In this document: positions 8,601-18,733 of the stretch, piece after piece
Layout: the number at the start of each line of letters is the position of its first letter
Numbering within the stretch: the first letter of the stretch is position 1
NCBI RefSeq assembly: GCF_001457615.1
Contig: NZ_LN831024.1
Coordinates: forward strand, 5,730,001-5,762,000
DNA length: 32,000 bases
Direction: 5' to 3'
Source: Pseudomonas aeruginosa
GTDB lineage: Bacteria; Pseudomonadota; Gammaproteobacteria; Pseudomonadales; Pseudomonadaceae
Program-made: the position numbers and the translations under genes
Notes under the pieces: generated by a model
What the model was told of the DNA's origin: nothing
The model's input: the letters and a program-made list of their open reading frames with translations, nothing else
Databases searched by the model: none

Positions 8601-10364
8601 ATGAAAGACACGATTCGCCAGCTGATCCAGCAAGCCCTCGACCAACTGACCGCAGACGGCACCCTGCCCGCCGGCCTGACCCCGGACATCCAGGTGGAGA
8701 ACACCAAGGACCGTAGCCACGGCGATTTCGCCAGCAACATCGCCATGATGCTGGCCAAGCCGGCCGGGATGAAGCCGCGCGACCTGGCCGCCAGGCTGGT
8801 CGAGGCAATCCCCGCTCACGAGCAACTGGCCAAGGTGGAGATCGCCGGCCCCGGCTTCCTCAACTTCTTCCAGGATCACGTCTGGCTCGCCGCCAGCCTC
8901 GACCGCGCCCTCGCCGACGAACGTCTCGGCGTGCGCAAGGCAGGCCCGGCGCAGCGCGTGGTGATCGACCTGTCCTCGCCGAACCTGGCCAAGGAAATGC
9001 ACGTCGGCCACCTGCGCTCGACCATCATCGGCGACGCCGTCGCGCGCGTCCTCGAGTTCCTCGGCGACACGGTGATCCGGCAGAACCATGTCGGCGACTG
9101 GGGCACCCAGTTCGGCATGCTGCTCGCCTACCTGGAAGAGCAACCGGTCGACGCCGAGGCCGAGCTGCACGACCTGGAGGTCTTCTACCGCGCGGCGAAG
9201 AAACGCTTCGACGAGTCTCCCGAATTCGCCGACCGCGCCCGCGAACTGGTAGTCAAGCTGCAGGCCGGCGACCCCGACTGCCTGCGCCTGTGGACCCGCT
9301 TCAACGAGATTTCCCTGTCGCACTGCCAGAAGGTCTACGACCGTCTCGGCGTGAAGCTGAGCATGGCCGACGTCATGGGCGAGAGCGCCTACAACGACGA
9401 CCTCGCCCAGGTGGTCGCCGACCTGACCGCCAAGGGCCTGCTCACCGAAGACAACGGCGCGTTGTGCGTCTTCCTCGAAGAGTTCAAGAACGCCGAGGGC
9501 AATCCGCTCCCGGTGATCGTGCAGAAGGCCGGCGGCGGCTACCTCTACGCCACCACCGACCTCGCCGCCATGCGTTATCGGCACAACGTGCTGCACGCCG
9601 ACCGCGTGCTGTACTTCGTCGACCAGCGCCAGGCCCTGCACTTCCAGCAGGTCTTCGAAGTGGCGCGGCGCGCCGGTTTCGTTCCGGCCGGCATGGAGCT
9701 GGAGCACATGGGCTTCGGCACCATGAACGGCGCCGACGGCCGTCCGTTCAAGACCCGCGACGGCGGTACGGTGAAGCTGATCGACCTGCTGGAAGAGGCC
9801 GAGAGCCGCGCCTATGCGCTGGTCAAGGAACGCAACGAGCAGCGCGCCGAGCGTGGCGAGGAGCCGTTCGACGAGGTCCAGCTGCGCGAGATCGGCCGGG
9901 TGGTGGGGATCGACTCGGTGAAGTACGCCGACCTGTCCAAGCACCGCACCAGCGACTACAGCTTCAACTTCGAACTGATGCTGAGCTTCGAAGGCAACAC
10001 CGCACCCTACCTGCTCTACGCCTGCACCCGCGTGGCCAGCGTCTTCCGCAAGCTCGGCCAGGGCCGCGAGCAACTGGGCGGGAAGATCGTCCTCGAGCAG
10101 CCCCAGGAGCTGGCCCTGGCCGCACAGCTGGCGCAGTTCGGCGACCTGATCAACAACGTCGCGCTCAAGGGCGTGCCGCACCTGCTCTGCGCCTACCTGT
10201 ACGAGTTGGCCGGGCTGTTCTCCAGCTTCTACGAGCATTGCCCGATCCTCACCGCCGAGGACCCGGCGCAGAAGGACAGCCGCCTGCGTCTCGCCGCGCT
10301 GACCGGCCGTACCCTGGAACAGGGCCTGGAGCTGCTCGGTCTGAAGACTCTGGAACGCATGTAA
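8601..10364 (+). CDS. argS: Arginyl-tRNA synthetase
   Basis: 587 aa starting at [16 protein letters not shown], with a GGAGA RBS 7-8 nt upstream. Class I HIGH-type motif [12 protein letters not shown] is present. The 54-codon extension in the track (from 8439) is Pro/Arg-rich and not protein-like. Confidence 0.95.
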   Translation: MKDTIRQLIQQALDQLTADGTLPAGLTPDIQVENTKDRSHGDFASNIAMMLAKPAGMKPRDLAARLVEAIPAHEQLAKVEIAGPGFLNFFQDHVWLAASLDRALADERLGVRKAGPAQRVVIDLSSPNLAKEMHVGHLRSTIIGDAVARVLEFLGDTVIRQNHVGDWGTQFGMLLAYLEEQPVDAEAELHDLEVFYRAAKKRFDESPEFADRARELVVKLQAGDPDCLRLWTRFNEISLSHCQKVYDRLGVKLSMADVMGESAYNDDLAQVVADLTAKGLLTEDNGALCVFLEEFKNAEGNPLPVIVQKAGGGYLYATTDLAAMRYRHNVLHADRVLYFVDQRQALHFQQVFEVARRAGFVPAGMELEHMGFGTMNGADGRPFKTRDGGTVKLIDLLEEAESRAYALVKERNEQRAERGEEPFDEVQLREIGRVVGIDSVKYADLSKHRTSDYSFNFELMLSFEGNTAPYLLYACTRVASVFRKLGQGREQLGGKIVLEQPQELALAAQLAQFGDLINNVALKGVPHLLCAYLYELAGLFSSFYEHCPILTAEDPAQKDSRLRLAALTGRTLEQGLELLGLKTLERM

Positions 10365-10398
10365 TCGAACCCGCCCGAACAGGAGTCCGGGAACCCCC

Positions 10399-11094
10399 AT
10401 GGCAAAGAAGAAACCCGCCCCCAAGCGCGGCGCCAGCCGCTACCAGGCGCCCGCCGCGAAGAACGGCGTTCCCGGCTGGGTCTGGCTGGTCGCCGGCCTG
10501 GCCATCGGCGGCTTCATCATGTTCCTGATGAAGCTCGAACCCGGGCGCAAGGACGTCCAGCGCGAACGCCCGGACGCCCAGCGCCCGGCCGCCGTGCAGG
10601 GCAAGCAGCCGCAGCAGAACGGCCAGGCCCAGCAGCCCGCACAAACGCAGACGCCGGCCCAGGCCAAGCCGAAGTACGAGTTCTACACCCTGCTGCCGGA
10701 GTCCGAGGTCGTGGTGCCGCCGGAAGCGGTACCGGAGAAGGCCCCGCCGCCGCCCACCCCCGCCGAGCTGGCCAAGGCCGACGAAGCGCGGGCCAAGGCC
10801 GCACTCGCCGGGCAGGTGCCACCGCCGCTGCCGAAAGCGGTGGTCGCCGCCAGCACGCAGTTCTTCCTGCAGGCCGGCTCGTTCCGCAAGCAGTCCGACG
10901 CCGACCGCGTGCGCGCGCAGATCATCCTGCTCGGGCAGTCGGTGAACGTCGAGGCCGGCAACGTCCGCGACGAGACCTGGTACCGGGTGATGGTCGGCCC
11001 GTTCAACAGCCGCGACCAGTTGTCCCAGGCGCAGAAGACACTGTCCTCCAACGGCTTCAGCAACCTGCTGTTACAGCAACGCAAGGCCCGCTGA
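10399..11094 (+). CDS. SPOR-domain (peptidoglycan-binding, FtsN/DedD-like) membrane protein
   Basis: N-terminal basic segment plus one TM ([19 protein letters not shown]), then a Pro/Gln/Ala-rich linker. C-terminal SPOR-like domain: [25 protein letters not shown]...[22 protein letters not shown]. Confidence 0.85.
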   Translation: MAKKKPAPKRGASRYQAPAAKNGVPGWVWLVAGLAIGGFIMFLMKLEPGRKDVQRERPDAQRPAAVQGKQPQQNGQAQQPAQTQTPAQAKPKYEFYTLLPESEVVVPPEAVPEKAPPPPTPAELAKADEARAKAALAGQVPPPLPKAVVAASTQFFLQAGSFRKQSDADRVRAQIILLGQSVNVEAGNVRDETWYRVMVGPFNSRDQLSQAQKTLSSNGFSNLLLQQRKAR

Positions 11095-11138
11095 GCGCGG
11101 GCCACGCCGTGCGTTCCGACGCACGGCGGTGCGTGCGG

Positions 11139-11165
11139 TTGAAAAGCCGCGGATCGCCCCTATAT
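11139..11165 (+). promoter_or_regulatory. Candidate sigma-32 (heat-shock) promoter for hslVU
   Basis: TTGAAA (11139..11144), 12 nt, then CCCCTATAT (11157..11165). This resembles the E. coli sigma-32 consensus CTTGAAA / CCCCATNT. hslVU is a classical heat-shock operon in E. coli. Confidence 0.5.
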
Positions 11166-11212
11166 CTCCCAGCATTCCGGGCATTCGGCCCCGCAGTGTG
11201 GAGATTTCCCCC

Positions 11213-11746
11213 TTGACCACCATCGTATCTGTCCGCCGCAACGGCAAAGTCGTCATGGGCGGCGACGGCCAGGTTTCCCTGGGCAACACCGTGATGAAAG
11301 GCAACGCCAAGAAGGTCCGGCGCCTGTATCACGGTCAGGTACTGGCCGGTTTCGCCGGCGCCACCGCCGATGCCTTCACCCTGTTCGAGCGCTTCGAGCA
11401 GCAATTGGAGAAACACCAGGGGCACCTGGTCCGCGCCGCCGTCGAACTGGCCAAGGACTGGCGCACCGACCGCTCCCTGAGCCGCCTCGAAGCCATGCTC
11501 GCGGTCGCCAACAAGGATGCCTCGCTGATCATCACCGGCAACGGCGACGTGGTCGAACCCGAACACGGCCTGATCGCCATGGGCTCCGGCGGCGGCTTCG
11601 CCCAGGCCGCGGCCCTGGCCCTGCTGCAGCACAACGCCGAGCTGAGCGCTCGGGAAGTCGCCGAGACCGCGCTGAACATCGCCGGCTCGATCTGCGTCTT
11701 CACCAACCAGAACCTGACCATCGAGGAGCTGGACAGCGCCGTCTGA
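11213..11746 (+). CDS. hslV: ATP-dependent protease subunit HslV (proteasome-like peptidase)
   Basis: TTG start at 11213 with a GGAGA RBS 8 nt upstream. This yields (M)[21 protein letters not shown], i.e. the catalytic N-terminal Thr after Met removal. 177 aa. Confidence 0.93.
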
Positions 11747-11774
11747 AGCGCTCGTCCCCCGCTGGAGTAAACGA

Positions 11775-13118
<1,344 letters not shown>

Positions 13119-13124
13119 CCACCG

Positions 13125-13154
13125 CCGCCGCCACGGCCAACACCGTGGCGGCGG
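13125..13154 (+). terminator. GC-rich hairpin immediately after hslU (terminator-like, no U-tract)
   Basis: Perfect 12-bp stem CCGCCGCCACGG / CCGTGGCGGCGG with a 6-nt loop (CCAACA), starting 7 nt after the hslU stop. No T-run follows, so it is not a canonical intrinsic terminator. Confidence 0.35.
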
Positions 13155-13212
13155 GCCGCGCGGTCCCGAACCGGGGTATCCTTGTACTCCGCCCTTCCGC
13201 GAGTCCGATGCG

Positions 13213-13584
13213 ATGCGTATCCCTTCCGCCATCCAGCTGCACAAAGCCTCGAAGACCCTGACCCTGCGCTACGGCGAGGATAGCTACGACCTGCCTGCCG
13301 AGTTCCTCCGCGTGCATTCGCCCTCGGCCGAGGTCCAGGGCCACGGCAACCCGGTATTGCAGTACGGCAAGCTGAACGTCGGCCTGGTCGGCGTCGAACC
13401 CGCCGGCCAGTACGCACTGAAGCTGAGCTTCGACGACGGCCACGACAGCGGCCTGTTCACCTGGGACTACCTGTACGAGCTGGCGACCCGCAAGGACCAG
13501 CTATGGGCCGACTACCTGGCGGAGCTGGCCAGCGCCGGCAAGTCGCGCGACCCCGACGAGTCGGTCGTCAAGCTGATGCTCTGA
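13213..13584 (+). CDS. DUF971-family protein (gamma-butyrobetaine-hydroxylase-like N-terminal domain)
   Basis: 123 aa from MRIPSAIQLHKASKTLTLRYGEDSYDLPAEFLRVHSPSAEV. The family assignment is from memory of the conserved EFLRxxSPSAE pattern. The upstream track extension overlaps hslU and is Arg/Pro-rich. Confidence 0.8.
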   Translation: MRIPSAIQLHKASKTLTLRYGEDSYDLPAEFLRVHSPSAEVQGHGNPVLQYGKLNVGLVGVEPAGQYALKLSFDDGHDSGLFTWDYLYELATRKDQLWADYLAELASAGKSRDPDESVVKLML

Positions 13585-14002
13585 AGCGCCGGGCCGAGTG
13601 CCCCTTCGCGGCACACGGCATCCAGGCGATTTTTCTCCGCTGCCCCGAACGAGGGCACGTCATTTGCAACATTCGCCCCGCAGACTGCCAGACCAGACAT
13701 CCGGTCGGCGCGGTCGCCACGGCGAATGTCCTACCCTGCACGGCAGCAACGCTCTAGTCCGCAGGTCGGCCGCTCGCCGGGCCAGCCACGCCGGCCACCG
13801 ATGCTTCTGCCAGCTTGCACGCCAGCGGAAACTCGCGTAACCAAGACGGTGCAGCCCCTTGTCCGGGTTCCCTTCCCTGACGTGCGTCCGCCCCGCCCTG
13901 AAACGTGCGGGTGGGCTGGTAGTCGAGCAGTAGCCGGCCGGACACCTGGTCCCCGGTTTCGTTGCGGTCCCCTGTTTCGCCTCGAACAATGGAGCGTTGC
14001 CG

Positions 14003-15682
14003 ATGAGTCAGAAGAACAATAACGAGCTTCCCAAGCAAGCCGCGGAAAACACACTGAACCTGAATCCGGTGATCGGCATCCGGGGCAAGGACCTGCTCAC
14101 CTCCGCGCGCATGGTCCTGCTCCAGGCGGTGCGCCAGCCGCTGCACAGCGCCAGGCACGTGGCGCATTTCAGCCTGGAGCTGAAGAACGTCCTGCTCGGC
14201 CAGTCGGAGCTACGCCCAGGCGATGACGACCGACGCTTTTCCGATCCGGCCTGGAGCCAGAATCCGCTGTACAAGCGCTACATGCAGACCTACCTGGCCT
14301 GGCGCAAGGAGCTGCACAGCTGGATCAGCCACAGCGACCTGTCGCCGCAGGACATCAGTCGTGGCCAGTTCGTCATCAACCTGCTGACCGAGGCGATGTC
14401 GCCGACCAACAGCCTGAGCAACCCGGCGGCGGTCAAGCGCTTCTTCGAGACCGGCGGCAAGAGCCTGCTGGACGGCCTCGGCCACCTGGCCAAGGACCTG
14501 GTGAACAACGGCGGGATGCCGAGCCAGGTGGACATGGACGCCTTCGAGGTGGGCAAGAACCTGGCCACCACCGAGGGCGCCGTGGTGTTCCGCAACGACG
14601 TGCTGGAACTGATCCAGTACCGGCCGATCACCGAGTCGGTGCACGAACGCCCGCTGCTGGTGGTGCCGCCGCAGATCAACAAGTTCTACGTCTTCGACCT
14701 GTCGCCGGACAAGAGCCTGGCGCGCTTCTGCCTGCGCAACGGCGTGCAGACCTTCATCGTCAGCTGGCGCAACCCGACCAAGTCGCAGCGCGAATGGGGC
14801 CTGACCACCTATATCGAGGCGCTCAAGGAGGCCATCGAGGTAGTCCTGTCGATCACCGGCAGCAAGGACCTCAACCTCCTCGGCGCCTGCTCCGGCGGGA
14901 TCACCACCGCGACCCTGGTCGGCCACTACGTGGCCAGCGGCGAGAAGAAGGTCAACGCCTTCACCCAACTGGTCAGCGTGCTCGACTTCGAACTGAATAC
15001 CCAGGTCGCGCTGTTCGCCGACGAGAAGACCCTGGAGGCCGCCAAGCGTCGCTCCTACCAGTCCGGCGTGCTGGAGGGCAAGGACATGGCCAAGGTGTTC
15101 GCCTGGATGCGCCCCAACGACCTGATCTGGAACTACTGGGTCAACAACTACCTGCTCGGCAACCAGCCGCCGGCGTTCGACATCCTCTACTGGAACAACG
15201 ACACCACGCGCCTGCCCGCCGCGCTGCACGGCGAGTTCGTCGAACTGTTCAAGAGCAACCCGCTGAACCGCCCCGGCGCCCTGGAGGTCTCCGGCACGCC
15301 CATCGACCTGAAGCAGGTGACTTGCGACTTCTACTGTGTCGCCGGTCTGAACGACCACATCACACCCTGGGAGTCGTGCTACAAGTCGGCCAGGCTGCTG
15401 GGTGGCAAGTGCGAGTTCATCCTCTCCAACAGCGGTCACATCCAGAGCATCCTCAACCCACCGGGCAACCCCAAGGCACGCTTCATGACCAATCCGGAAC
15501 TGCCCGCCGAGCCCAAGGCCTGGCTGGAACAGGCCGGCAAGCACGCCGACTCGTGGTGGTTGCACTGGCAGCAATGGCTGGCCGAACGCTCCGGCAAGAC
15601 CCGCAAGGCGCCCGCCAACCTGGGCAACAAGACCTATCCGGCCGGCGAAGCCGCGCCCGGAACCTACGTGCATGAACGATGA
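14003..15682 (+). CDS. phaC1: Class II poly(3-hydroxyalkanoate) synthase 1
   Basis: 559 aa beginning MSQKNNNELPKQAAENTLNLNP, the known PhaC1 N-terminus. GGAG RBS 8 nt upstream. Lipase-box-like catalytic site GACSGG; C-terminal SNSGHIQSILNPP. Confidence 0.97.
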   Translation: MSQKNNNELPKQAAENTLNLNPVIGIRGKDLLTSARMVLLQAVRQPLHSARHVAHFSLELKNVLLGQSELRPGDDDRRFSDPAWSQNPLYKRYMQTYLAWRKELHSWISHSDLSPQDISRGQFVINLLTEAMSPTNSLSNPAAVKRFFETGGKSLLDGLGHLAKDLVNNGGMPSQVDMDAFEVGKNLATTEGAVVFRNDVLELIQYRPITESVHERPLLVVPPQINKFYVFDLSPDKSLARFCLRNGVQTFIVSWRNPTKSQREWGLTTYIEALKEAIEVVLSITGSKDLNLLGACSGGITTATLVGHYVASGEKKVNAFTQLVSVLDFELNTQVALFADEKTLEAAKRRSYQSGVLEGKDMAKVFAWMRPNDLIWNYWVNNYLLGNQPPAFDILYWNNDTTRLPAALHGEFVELFKSNPLNRPGALEVSGTPIDLKQVTCDFYCVAGLNDHITPWESCYKSARLLGGKCEFILSNSGHIQSILNPPGNPKARFMTNPELPAEPKAWLEQAGKHADSWWLHWQQWLAERSGKTRKAPANLGNKTYPAGEAAPGTYVHER

Positions 15683-15834
15683 AAAGCGACCAGCCTGAAG
15701 AACAGCCGCAGGAGCGATCCGCGGCCTCCGCCGACGAAACCCCGCCAGCGCCTCCGGCGCGGCCCCGTGCCGCGCGGAAGCCGGCCAGGCCCCGTATCGC
15801 CGAGCCCGCGGCCGCGCCGCCGAGGACCCCGAGC

Positions 15835-16692
15835 ATGCCCCAGCCCTTCGTCTTCCGGACCATCGACCTCGACGGCCAGACCATCCGCACCGCAGTGCGG
15901 CCGGGCAAGGAAGGAAGCACTCCGCTGCTGATCTTCAACGGCATAGGCGCCAACCTGGAACTGGTATTTCCCTTCGTCCAGGCGCTCGACCCGGAACTGG
16001 AGGTGATCGCCTTCGACGTTCCCGGCGTCGGCGGTTCCTCGACGCCCAGCGTGCCCTACCGCTTTCCCGGCCTGGCCAAGCTGGCGGCGCGGATGCTCGA
16101 CTACCTGGACTACGGCCAGGTCAACGCGATCGGCGTGTCCTGGGGCGGCGCGCTGGCCCAGCAGTTCGCCCACGACTATCCGGAACGCTGCAAGAAGCTG
16201 ATCCTCGCCGCCACTTCGGCTGGCGCGGTGATGGTGCCGGGCAAGCCGAAGGTACTGATGCGCATGGCCAGCCCGCGGCGCTACATCCAGCCCTCCTATG
16301 GCGTACACATCGCCCCGGACATCTACGGCGGGGCCTTCCGCCGCGACCCCAAGCTGGCCATGGCGCATGCCAGCAAGGTGCGTTCGTCGGGCAAGCTGGG
16401 CTACTACTGGCAACTGTTCGCCGGGCTCGGCTGGACCAGCATCCACTGGCTGCATCGGATCCGCCAGCCGACCCTGGTGCTGGCCGGCGACGACGACCCG
16501 ATCATCCCGCTGATCAACATGCGTGTGCTGGCCTGGCGCATTCCCAACGCCGAACTGCACGTGATCGACGACGGCCACCTGTTCCTGGTGACCCGCGCCG
16601 AATCGGTGGCGCCGATCATCATGAAGTTCCTCGCCGAGGAGCGCCGCCGCGCCGTCATGCACCCTCGTCCGTTCCTGCCCAAGACCGGCTGA
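15835..16692 (+). CDS. phaZ: Intracellular mcl-PHA depolymerase (alpha/beta hydrolase)
   Basis: 285 aa from MPQPFVFRTIDLDGQTIRTAV, with a GAGGA RBS 8 nt upstream. Lipase box GVSWGG is present. The position between phaC1 and phaC2 is canonical. Confidence 0.9.
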   Translation: MPQPFVFRTIDLDGQTIRTAVRPGKEGSTPLLIFNGIGANLELVFPFVQALDPELEVIAFDVPGVGGSSTPSVPYRFPGLAKLAARMLDYLDYGQVNAIGVSWGGALAQQFAHDYPERCKKLILAATSAGAVMVPGKPKVLMRMASPRRYIQPSYGVHIAPDIYGGAFRRDPKLAMAHASKVRSSGKLGYYWQLFAGLGWTSIHWLHRIRQPTLVLAGDDDPIIPLINMRVLAWRIPNAELHVIDDGHLFLVTRAESVAPIIMKFLAEERRRAVMHPRPFLPKTG

Positions 16693-16995
16693 ACTGCTGC
16701 ACGGGCAACACCAGGGCAGCAGACACTGCTTCGTCATGGTGCAGGTGCATAGTCAATGTTCCGCAACGGCGCATGGCGCCTGGCTTCGCCGCGACAGCGC
16801 AAGCTCTGCGACGCCCCTCCCGGCGTTGTGGTACAGCGCTTGCTGCCCCACTGTCGGGCGGCATCCTCCCTGTTCAGGCAGGTGTGCGGTTCTGCCCCGG
16901 GTGAAACGGAATTCACAGGCTATAACTGAGTATTCCGAGCCAGGGGACGATCGCCCGTGGCATCCAGACTGTGGTCCTACGACGGAGTGTGGTCC

Positions 16996-18678
16996 ATGCG
17001 AGAAAAGCAGGAATCGGGTAGCGTGCCGGTGCCCGCCGAGTTCATGAGTGCACAGAGCGCCATCGTCGGCCTGCGCGGCAAGGACCTGCTGACGACGGTC
17101 CGCAGCCTGGCTGTCCACGGCCTGCGCCAGCCGCTGCACAGTGCGCGGCACCTGGTCGCCTTCGGAGGCCAGTTGGGCAAGGTGCTGCTGGGCGACACCC
17201 TGCACCAGCCGAACCCACAGGACGCCCGCTTCCAGGATCCATCCTGGCGCCTCAATCCCTTCTACCGGCGCACCCTGCAGGCCTACCTGGCGTGGCAGAA
17301 GCAACTGCTCGCCTGGATCGACGAAAGCAACCTGGATTGCGACGATCGCGCCCGCGCCCGCTTCCTCGTCGCCTTGCTCTCCGACGCCGTGGCACCCAGC
17401 AACAGCCTGATCAATCCACTGGCGGTAAAGGAACTGTTCAATACCGGCGGGATCAGCCTGCTCAATGGCGTCCGCCACCTGCTCGAAGACCTGGTGCACA
17501 ACGGCGGCATGCCCAGCCAGGTGAACAAGACCGCCTTCGAGATCGGTCGCAACCTCGCCACCACGCAAGGCGCGGTGGTGTTCCGCAACGAGGTGCTGGA
17601 GCTGATCCAGTACAAGCCGCTGGGCGAGCGCCAGTACGCCAAGCCCCTGCTGATCGTGCCGCCGCAGATCAACAAGTACTACATCTTCGACCTGTCGCCG
17701 GAAAAGAGCTTCGTCCAGTACGCCCTGAAGAACAACCTGCAGGTCTTCGTCATCAGTTGGCGCAACCCCGACGCCCAGCACCGCGAATGGGGCCTGAGCA
17801 CCTATGTCGAGGCCCTCGACCAGGCCATCGAGGTCAGCCGCGAGATCACCGGCAGCCGCAGCGTGAACCTGGCCGGCGCCTGCGCCGGCGGGCTCACCGT
17901 GGCCGCCTTGCTCGGCCACCTGCAGGTGCGCCGGCAACTGCGCAAGGTCAGTAGCGTCACCTACCTGGTCAGCCTGCTCGACAGCCAGATGGAAAGCCCG
18001 GCGATGCTCTTCGCCGACGAGCAGACCCTGGAGAGCAGCAAGCGCCGCTCCTACCAGCATGGCGTGCTGGACGGGCGCGACATGGCCAAGGTGTTCGCCT
18101 GGATGCGCCCCAACGACCTGATCTGGAACTACTGGGTCAACAACTACCTGCTCGGCAGGCAGCCGCCGGCGTTCGACATCCTCTACTGGAACAACGACAA
18201 CACGCGGCTGCCCGCGGCGTTCCACGGCGAACTGCTCGACCTGTTCAAGCACAACCCGCTGACCCGCCCGGGCGCGCTGGAGGTCAGCGGGACCGCGGTG
18301 GACCTGGGCAAGGTGGCGATCGACAGCTTCCACGTCGCCGGCATCACCGACCACATCACGCCCTGGGACGCGGTCTATCGCTCGGCCCTCCTGCTGGGCG
18401 GCCAGCGCCGCTTCATCCTGTCCAACAGCGGGCACATCCAGAGCATCCTCAACCCTCCCGGAAACCCCAAGGCCTGCTACTTCGAGAACGACAAGCTGAG
18501 CAGCGATCCACGCGCCTGGTACTACGACGCCAAGCGCGAAGAGGGCAGTTGGTGGCCGGTCTGGCTGGGCTGGCTGCAGGAGCGCTCGGGCGAGCTGGGC
18601 GACCCTGACTTCAACCTTGGCAGCGCCGCGCATCCGCCCCTCGAAGCGGCCCCGGGCACCTACGTGCATATACGCTGA
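16996..18678 (+). CDS. phaC2: Class II poly(3-hydroxyalkanoate) synthase 2
   Basis: 560 aa from MREKQESGSVPVPAEFMSAQSAIVGLRGKDLL, with a GGAG RBS 8 nt upstream. Catalytic box GACAGG is present. It is a paralogue of phaC1. Confidence 0.96.
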   Translation: MREKQESGSVPVPAEFMSAQSAIVGLRGKDLLTTVRSLAVHGLRQPLHSARHLVAFGGQLGKVLLGDTLHQPNPQDARFQDPSWRLNPFYRRTLQAYLAWQKQLLAWIDESNLDCDDRARARFLVALLSDAVAPSNSLINPLAVKELFNTGGISLLNGVRHLLEDLVHNGGMPSQVNKTAFEIGRNLATTQGAVVFRNEVLELIQYKPLGERQYAKPLLIVPPQINKYYIFDLSPEKSFVQYALKNNLQVFVISWRNPDAQHREWGLSTYVEALDQAIEVSREITGSRSVNLAGACAGGLTVAALLGHLQVRRQLRKVSSVTYLVSLLDSQMESPAMLFADEQTLESSKRRSYQHGVLDGRDMAKVFAWMRPNDLIWNYWVNNYLLGRQPPAFDILYWNNDNTRLPAAFHGELLDLFKHNPLTRPGALEVSGTAVDLGKVAIDSFHVAGITDHITPWDAVYRSALLLGGQRRFILSNSGHIQSILNPPGNPKACYFENDKLSSDPRAWYYDAKREEGSWWPVWLGWLQERSGELGDPDFNLGSAAHPPLEAAPGTYVHIR

Positions 18679-18733
18679 AAGACCCGGCCCGGGCGCCTGG
18701 AGCCGGGCACCTCGATCCCCAGAAGAAGTCCGG

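Noticed and set aside
6222-10424. A 1400-aa minus-strand ORF spanning priA, the priA-argS spacer and argS. It is by far the longest ORF in the window.
   Set aside because: It is antisense to two unmistakable housekeeping genes (PriA helicase motifs, ArgRS HIGH motif). Its translation is low-complexity G/A/L/Q/V/E/R-rich with no recognisable motif. Such stop-free shadow frames are expected opposite GC3-rich genes.
13669-13729. A 9-bp perfect inverted repeat ACATTCGCC ... GGCGAATGT separated by 43 nt in the phaC1 upstream region.
   Set aside because: With a free choice of spacing in a 418-bp region, one 9-bp inverted match is about what chance predicts. The 43-nt spacing is atypical for TetR-type operators. 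I do not want to over-interpret it.
13946-13965. Possible sigma-54 promoter for phaC1 (TGGTCC...TTGC). Related near-matches occur at 16958..16973 upstream of phaC2 (TGGCAT-N5-CTGT) and at 24366..24380 upstream of hisI (TGGCAC-N5-TCCC).
   Set aside because: The GG-to-GC spacing is wrong (16 instead of 12) at the first site. The -12 GC dinucleotide is absent at the other two.
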